Notes under the pieces: model-generated | The model's input: only the letters and a program-made list of their open reading frames with translations | What the model was told of the DNA's origin: nothing | The model's database searches: none | Part shown: in pieces, positions 20,218-25,519 of the stretch | How positions within the stretch are numbered: position 1 is the stretch's first letter | Layout: each line of letters starts with the position of its first letter | Made by a program: the position numbers and the translations under genes | Assembly (NCBI GenBank): GCA_963806035.1 | Contig: CAWDWO010000034.1 | Span: 1 to 25,519, forward strand | Direction of reading: 5' to 3' | Origin: Candidatus Krumholzibacteriota bacterium | GTDB taxonomy: Bacteria > Krumholzibacteriota > Krumholzibacteriia > JAJRXK01 | Length of the DNA stretch: 25,519 bases

Positions 20218-20367
20218 ATGCTTTGGACCATCGCTGTCATATTCGGAGTCCTGTGGCTGCTGGGTATGGTCACATCCGTCACCGCGCACGGGTTCATCCA
20301 CCTGCTGCTAGTACTGGCCGTGATCGTCGTGCTGTTGCGCGTTATCTCGGGTCGAAGGACCGTTTGA
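20218..20367 (+). CDS. lmo0937-family small membrane protein (49 aa)
   Basis: MLWTIAVIFGVLWLLGMVTSVTAHGFIHLLLVLAVIVVLLRVISGRRTV with strong GAGGAGG RBS. Confidence 0.92.
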   Translation: MLWTIAVIFGVLWLLGMVTSVTAHGFIHLLLVLAVIVVLLRVISGRRTV

Positions 20368-20420
20368 GACCTTCGAGGAGCTCGGTCGAGCGAAGGTGAC
20401 GGTACAGAGAGGATTCGTTC

Positions 20421-21884
20421 GTGGCTAAAGAGGCAACGGAACTGAGATACGCTGTCCGGTTGCGGGTGGTCTTCAAGTACTTCGGTCAACTGTGCCTCGT
20501 GCTCGGCGTGCTGACACTGGTGCCATTCGCAATGTCGCTGATCTTCGGCGAGTGGCACATCAGTCTGAGATACGTCGTGGTGCTTTGTGGGCTCGCGGGC
20601 TTGGGCTTTGGGACGGCACGACTGCGGGCTCCCTCCCGCGTGCAGCCCAATGAGGGCCTGGCGTTGGTCACGCTGGTGTTTGTCTTCGCTCCGCTGGTGT
20701 TGTCCTACCCGATGATGGGCGCGGGGTTGAGATTCATGGATGCCTTCTTCGAAGCCGTCTCCGCCGTGACGACTACGGGGTTGAGCACGAAGGCGACGTT
20801 CGTCGGCGCGCCTTCGACCTTTCTTTTTGCCCGCGCCTGGATGCAATGGTACGGGGGACTGGGCATCGTCGTGCTCTCGCTTGCGCTAGTCATGCAACCG
20901 GGCCTGGTGGCGAAAGGTCTGACCGCCTCGGAGATCGATACCGGCGATTGGGGCGGTAGCGCGCGAGCCCACGCGCAGCGAGTTCTAAAAGTCTACAGCG
21001 TCATGACCATTCTGGGCATCATTGGCGCCCTGTTGTTGGGAGTCGGCCTATTCGACGCGGTACTGTACACATTTACCGCAGTATCGACGGCAGGTTTTGC
21101 ACCCCATGACAATAGCCTCGCAGCTTTGGGATTGCTCCAACAGTGGTGGATTACGCTGCTTTGCCTCGCGGGTGCGATTCCACTCGCGTTCTATCACCGG
21201 ATGTTGAAGGAGAGGCGGCGCGTTGAAGTGGACTTTCTTCAACTCCAGGCCGTCGTCATCGCCTCCCTGATCGTTGCGCTCGCGGTGGGCGCTTCCATGC
21301 GGCTGAGTGCCGGCTTGGCTTGGTCACAAGTACTCCATCACGCCCCCTTGCTGGCTGTCTCGGCGCAGTCAACCACCGGTTTTGCCTCGATGTCATGTGC
21401 GCAACTCGATGCGGGTTCCAAGTTGATCCTGATCGTCTCGATGCTCGTGGGAGGCGGAGTAGGATCGACCGCGGGAGGATTCAAGCTGCTACGGCTGTTG
21501 ATCGCAGTAAGCGTGTTTCGCTGGATAATTCTGCGGACCTGCATGCCGAAGCACGTCGTTACCGAACCTCGCCTGGCGGGTCGCCGACTGCAGAACGAAG
21601 AGATCTACGCGACCCTGCTGCTGATCGTACTGTTCGTCGCCGTTGTCGTCCTGTCCTGGCTGCCCTTTGTGGCAATGGGATTCGGCCCGCTCGATTCCTT
21701 GTTCGAAGTGGTTTCAGCGATGGCAACGGCGGGACTTTCGGTTGGGCTGTCGAGGGAATCATTGCCCGCGCTGCTCAAGGGAATTCTATGTGCTGACATG
21801 CTGATGGGAAGACTCGAAATCATCGCATGCTTGGTGCTGCTGTATCCAGGAACGTGGTTCAACAGGAGAATGGTGGGATCATGA
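20421..21884 (+). CDS. trkH: Trk potassium uptake membrane subunit
   Basis: DAFFEAVSAVTTTGLS, MQWYGGLG, four pore loops (TTTG, STAG, STTG, ATAG), GSTAGGFK, MLMGRLEI. Confidence 0.93.
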   Translation: MAKEATELRYAVRLRVVFKYFGQLCLVLGVLTLVPFAMSLIFGEWHISLRYVVVLCGLAGLGFGTARLRAPSRVQPNEGLALVTLVFVFAPLVLSYPMMGAGLRFMDAFFEAVSAVTTTGLSTKATFVGAPSTFLFARAWMQWYGGLGIVVLSLALVMQPGLVAKGLTASEIDTGDWGGSARAHAQRVLKVYSVMTILGIIGALLLGVGLFDAVLYTFTAVSTAGFAPHDNSLAALGLLQQWWITLLCLAGAIPLAFYHRMLKERRRVEVDFLQLQAVVIASLIVALAVGASMRLSAGLAWSQVLHHAPLLAVSAQSTTGFASMSCAQLDAGSKLILIVSMLVGGGVGSTAGGFKLLRLLIAVSVFRWIILRTCMPKHVVTEPRLAGRRLQNEEIYATLLLIVLFVAVVVLSWLPFVAMGFGPLDSLFEVVSAMATAGLSVGLSRESLPALLKGILCADMLMGRLEIIACLVLLYPGTWFNRRMVGS

Positions 21885-22567
21885 GAGTCGTGTTTGTCGG
21901 AGCCGGAGGAGTGAGCGTCGAGACTGCCAAAGCTCTCATCAAGAAGGGCCATGAAGTCATCATCATCGAAACCGTCAAGGCCAAGATCGATGAGTTATCC
22001 GAAGAGCTGGATTGCAGCTTCCTGCTGGGCGATGGCAGCCATCCCAGCATCCTGTGCGAAGTCAATCCCGCGCAGACCGATTTCCTGTTCTGCTTGGCCG
22101 ACAGCGACCAGGACAACATCATCGCCAGTCTCGTCGGCCGTTCGCTCGGTTTCAAGCGCATCGTGACGAGCATAGGCGATCCGCAGTTCGAGGAGATCTG
22201 CCATTCGTTGGCGCTGGAGGACACGATCATCCGCTCCCGCACCATCAGCCGTTACCTCGAAGACATGGTGGGCGGCAGCAAGGACACCGAAATATCAGGG
22301 GTCATCAAAGACGAGGCGCGGTTTTTCAGTTTGATTGCGAAAGAGGAAGATGCGGTCGCGGCCAAGGATTTGAAACTACCCAAGGATGCCAAGGTCATCT
22401 GCTATTACCGCGACGGCAAGTTTGCACATGCTGATGAAGAAACGAAACTTCACATAGGCGACGAGGTTGTGATTCTCACGCACAGCAAGAATGTACCCGC
22501 GTTGCAGGAGCGTTGGCTGCCGAAGTCCGCAGAGGAGGAACCAGTGGATACGGCCTCGCCGGATTGA
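21881..22567 (+). CDS. trkA: TrkA/KtrA-type NAD-binding RCK subunit (single RCK_N + RCK_C, 228 aa)
   Basis: MRVVFVGAGGVS...GHEVIIIE...GDGSHPSIL...DSDQDNI and C-terminal LHIGDEVVIL. ATG at 21881 overlaps the trkH stop (ATGA). Confidence 0.9.
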   Translation: MRVVFVGAGGVSVETAKALIKKGHEVIIIETVKAKIDELSEELDCSFLLGDGSHPSILCEVNPAQTDFLFCLADSDQDNIIASLVGRSLGFKRIVTSIGDPQFEEICHSLALEDTIIRSRTISRYLEDMVGGSKDTEISGVIKDEARFFSLIAKEEDAVAAKDLKLPKDAKVICYYRDGKFAHADEETKLHIGDEVVILTHSKNVPALQERWLPKSAEEEPVDTASPD

Positions 22568-22589
22568 TTGCAAGGGTCGACAACCGCCC

Positions 22590-22667
22590 ATCCCATCCGG
22601 CATGGAATTCATGGTTACGCTGTCTGCCGAAAGTAAAGAAGATCGATGGGGTTTTTGGTAGGGACAG
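22590..22667 (+). repeat. Dispersed 78-bp structured repeat, copy 1
   Basis: Gap-free alignment to 24140-24217, 64/78 identical by manual count. Confidence 0.85.
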
Positions 22668-22767
22668 CCATGCAATTGGCAGTATGAAATCATCCAAAAG
22701 CCTCGTCCTCTTAGGATAGAGTCAAGTTAAAGGTCCCCCGCAAGTTATCCCGTGGGAGATGTTCGCC

Positions 22768-22935
22768 ATGTCTGCAGTCCCTCCCTACCACAGTTCCAAA
22801 TATCCCGGGATCTATCACGTGCGGGACGAATGTCCCCTAGGTAAGCATGTTGAAGAGCAAGATTGGGCTCGCGGTTCAGGCGGAGGCCGACTCTGCGAGC
22901 ACTGTGATCGATTGAGGAAGGAACGAAAGCGCTAA
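22768..22935 (+). CDS. 55-aa putative zinc-binding protein (not in ORF track)
   Basis: MSAVPPYHSSKYPGIYHVRDECPLGKHVEEQDWARGSGGGRLCEHCDRLRKERKR. GGGAGA RBS 8 nt upstream; H-x4-C...CxxC ligand pattern. Confidence 0.75.
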   Translation: MSAVPPYHSSKYPGIYHVRDECPLGKHVEEQDWARGSGGGRLCEHCDRLRKERKR

Positions 22936-23204
22936 TAGCTCAGAGTTAACTCTACACGAAACGTTTCCCGCTCTGTCAAATACCATCCTTCCAGACGACG
23001 CTGGCCAGCTTCTTCTGCAGTCCCGCAGGTCATGTTCTCTGTCTCGCTCGAGTCGCTCGGAACTACCGTGGGCTAGCCCGTTATGAGAGATCTCGTCGCG
23101 AACAATCTTCAGGTTCGTTGCCAGCGGCGTATTCCTGCCATCGCCCCCATATACCCTCGAAGCCGTATGCCGAACCGATGGACTGATCTCCCGCAGCCCA
23201 CGCC

Positions 23205-23235
23205 TCTATCCTGATCCCTACCCGATCAATCTGAT
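23205..23235. promoter_or_regulatory. Putative enhancer (UAS) pair D
   Basis: TCTATCCTGAT (degenerate) and ATCAATCTGAT, with TGAT half-sites 20 bp apart. Confidence 0.5.
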
Positions 23236-23272
23236 GGGGTCGACGTGCCTACCGAAGCCATGACTCACCGCC

Positions 23273-23285
23273 TAACTCGTTGGCC
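23273..23285 (-). promoter_or_regulatory. IHF-like site
   Basis: Plus strand TAACTCGTTG (minus CAACGAGTTA), nearly identical to TAAGTCGTTG at 19663. Confidence 0.35.
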
Positions 23286-23314
23286 GGACTGTCGATTACG
23301 GGCATACCCCGGAT

Positions 23315-23330
23315 TGGCGTCTCACTTGCC
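23315..23330 (+). promoter_or_regulatory. sigma54 -24/-12 promoter P4
   Basis: TGGCGTCTCACTTGCC: TGGC-N7-TTGC, 80 bp upstream of the 23410 start. Confidence 0.7.
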
Positions 23331-23409
23331 CTGCAAGCTTGCGGATTACCGGCCCCACCGCCCACTGACGGCTCGGTCGTGAATCCAACTCGCAACCGGG
23401 AGAACTACA

Positions 23410-24084
23410 ATGACAAGACGAACGATGGTCATATTGGGAGTGGTCCTTGCCATGTCGATGGCCATTTCCACGGGCTGTGGAACGAGCCGCGCGGTGAAGG
23501 GTGGGGTAATCGGTGCGGGAGCCGGGGGAGCCATCGGCGGCGTCATCGGCAACCAAGCGGGAAACACGGCGGCTGGCGCGATCATTGGTGCGGCGGTCGG
23601 CGGTACTACCGGGGCGCTTATCGGCCGCCACATGGACAAGCAGGCCGAGGAGATGCAGCGTGATCTACAAGACGCGCGGATTGAACGGATCGGGGAAGGA
23701 ATCAAGATCACCTTCGACTCGGGCATTCTGTTCGACTATGACTCCGCTGCGCTGCGGTCCATGGCGAGAACCAACATCGCCAATCTGGTGGTCATCCTCA
23801 ACAAGTACCCGGACACAAATATCCTCGTGGAAGGGGATACGGATAACACCGGAAGTTCCGAGTACAACCAGGGATTGTCCGAACGCCGGGCTGAGGCTGT
23901 CGCGAACCAGTTGAAGTTAGGGTCCGTGGATGGATCAAGGGTCTCGACGCTTGGACTCGGTGAGACGAACCCCATCGCCACTAACGACACGGACGCTGGC
24001 CGCCAACTGAACCGACGTGTAGAGATCGCCATCTTTGCGAACGACAAGTTGAAGGATGCGGTCGCGAATGGAAGCAATCCCTGA
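23410..24084 (+). CDS. OmpA-family lipoprotein with glycine zipper (YiaD-like)
   Basis: Lipobox-like STGC, glycine zipper GGVIGAGAGGAIGGVIG, MDKQAEE, ITFDSGILFD, EGDTDNTGSSEYNQGLSERRAEAV, NRRVEIAI. Confidence 0.92.
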   Translation: MTRRTMVILGVVLAMSMAISTGCGTSRAVKGGVIGAGAGGAIGGVIGNQAGNTAAGAIIGAAVGGTTGALIGRHMDKQAEEMQRDLQDARIERIGEGIKITFDSGILFDYDSAALRSMARTNIANLVVILNKYPDTNILVEGDTDNTGSSEYNQGLSERRAEAVANQLKLGSVDGSRVSTLGLGETNPIATNDTDAGRQLNRRVEIAIFANDKLKDAVANGSNP

Positions 24085-24124
24085 AACCTGGCTCCGGGAC
24101 CGCGGGCGTTCAAGTTCAAACTCG

Positions 24125-24217
24125 CTGTCCCTACCACTAATTCCATCTGGCATGGAATCCACGGTTACGTCAACTGCCGAAAGTATCGAAGGTCGATGGA
24201 GTTTCTGGTGGGGACAG
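24125..24217 (+). repeat. Dispersed structured repeat, copy 2, with 12-bp terminal inverted repeats
   Basis: CTGTCCCTACCA...TGGTGGGGACAG ends. The core matches 22590-22667. Confidence 0.85.
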
Positions 24218-24241
24218 GACGCCAAGAACACGACAGACTGT

Positions 24242-25363
24242 TCAACGTGGCTCCGGTGGAGAAATCGTCCAGTCAAAGAATCGTGACTCATTACCCATCG
24301 CATCCCAAGTTTGGTTCGCCGGAGCTGACCATGGCACGGGGGCGACGACGGGAACAAGCTCAGCACCGATAGCGCTCGCAAATTGGTCGGCCCGCATTTG
24401 GAGTAGATTGCGCTTCGCTTCTGCCTCGTCACTCAATCCCATTTCGTCACAAAGCTCCGCCGCCCTGACAAGAGGTGTCGGGGTGCTCGGGTCAATTGTC
24501 GATGCCGCTTCGTAGAGTGCTAGCGGTACGGTTCGCAGTCCTTGGTGCTGCAGACGTGACGCTTCAAAGTTCAGTTCTTGAGCGATAGTAGCGGGGTGAA
24601 GGGTCGCAAGAAAGATGACCATCCCAGCGAGCAATACGAGAGCCATCCAGTTCGCGACGGTGCCTGACTTCGAGGCGGGTGATACCGAACGAACACCATC
24701 CAATGCAAACACGAGCCACGCCAGAAGTCCGAGAGCCACACATCCGATCGTCGCTAGCAGAACAGTCTCGCTTGCCTGGGAATTCACACAGAGGAGATAC
24801 CATTGTTTCGCCATGACGAGTCCGGCTACAAGCAATCCCGCACACCAGAACGCAAACGCCGCTTTCCTTCGGTGTCCCATGATCAACAATCCTAGACCTG
24901 GAAAAGCAAAACCCAGCACACATACAGAGCTACTGCGGCGAAGAACTCGCGGCCACCTGCTTCCACGCGTCGATGTTGCGATTGCACGTGCCCATGCGGT
25001 ACTGGCCAATACCACTACAAATGAAGCCGACAGGATCCCGATCGCTGATCCGTGCTCGAAGCGAGCAAGAAAATTCAGAATTCCGTTCCAGAAATACCAC
25101 AACAGCGGCACCGCAAACAGTGCACTCACGCCGAGGATCGGCCACCCGTGGCGACTTCTTCCCCGCGGCCAAAGAAAAAGATTGATGGGTCCCAGAAAGT
25201 ATGCGCGGAGTACCAGAGGCCAATCGCTGCCCTTAATAGCGAATGATGCCTTACCTGCTTCTGTCGTCTTCCACGATGTGTGATTCCCGCTCGTCTCCGA
25301 TCTGGTTTTCCGGGTTGCAGCTTGATGCGGTTCCTCGATGACGTACACTTTGTGAGATGACAT
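24242..25363 (-). CDS. Hypothetical multi-pass membrane protein with C-terminal TPR-like helices
   Basis: About six hydrophobic segments, including FPGLGLLIMGHRRKA, then LALYEAASTIDPSTPTPLVRAAELCDEMG. GGAG precedes ATGs at 25366/25363; the track start 25405 is TTG. Confidence 0.65.
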   Translation of the reverse strand: MSSHKVYVIEEPHQAATRKTRSETSGNHTSWKTTEAGKASFAIKGSDWPLVLRAYFLGPINLFLWPRGRSRHGWPILGVSALFAVPLLWYFWNGILNFLARFEHGSAIGILSASFVVVLASTAWARAIATSTRGSRWPRVLRRSSSVCVLGFAFPGLGLLIMGHRRKAAFAFWCAGLLVAGLVMAKQWYLLCVNSQASETVLLATIGCVALGLLAWLVFALDGVRSVSPASKSGTVANWMALVLLAGMVIFLATLHPATIAQELNFEASRLQHQGLRTVPLALYEAASTIDPSTPTPLVRAAELCDEMGLSDEAEAKRNLLQMRADQFASAIGAELVPVVAPVPWSAPANQTWDAMGNESRFFDWTISPPEPR

Positions 25364-25451
25364 CATATCTCCAGAGTCGCTACTATTTGGTGCGATCGGA
25401 TACAATCAGCGTTTACTCGAAGGGCTGAATGAGCTAGCGCACTCAGCCGAA

Positions 25452-25467
25452 TGCAACTGGCGTGCCC
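25452..25467 (-). promoter_or_regulatory. sigma54 -24/-12 promoter P5
   Basis: Minus strand GGGCACGCCAGTTGCA, near-perfect consensus, about 90 bp upstream of the 25363 start. Confidence 0.78.
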
Positions 25468-25519
25468 CCGGATCCCTACCGCGAATCCGACCCGGCATGA
25501 AATCCACGCTCTAAAATCA

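Noticed and set aside
22970..23200. Short minus-strand frames in the intergenic gap
   Set aside because: No convincing start/RBS combination or recognisable motif.
22590..24217. CRISPR or integron attC interpretation of the repeat
   Set aside because: Only two copies 1.55 kb apart, no spacer array, no RYYYAAC/GTTRRRY ends, and no cas or integrase gene in the window.

Overview
GC-rich bacterial DNA from a diderm organism (it encodes OM beta-barrels, OmpA domains and lipoproteins). The window appears to be a sigma54-controlled envelope/osmotic-stress island built around a XylR/DmpR-type (XylR_N+V4R) enhancer-binding protein (15105-16769). Leftward run: glycine-zipper lipoprotein, small OM beta-barrel, helical-repeat OmpA protein, ackA, xfp and a cyclic beta-1,2-glucan synthase (ndvB/cgs) that carries two +1 frameshifts and runs off the left edge. 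Rightward genes: a PA2779-like double-glycine precursor with a C39-peptidase/TPR/Omp85-like barrel fusion, a small coiled-coil protein, an lmo0937-family protein, trkH-trkA, a 55-aa putative Zn-binding protein absent from the ORF track, and an OmpA lipoprotein. A convergent membrane/TPR-like protein closes the window. Five sigma54 -24/-12 elements are visible. Four of them have a pair of ATCA-N3-TGAT boxes exactly 20 bp apart plus an IHF-like site, which outlines a local regulon and its operator. A 78-bp structured repeat occurs twice. No rRNA, tRNA, CRISPR array or transposase was seen. All family calls come from motif recognition, not database searches.
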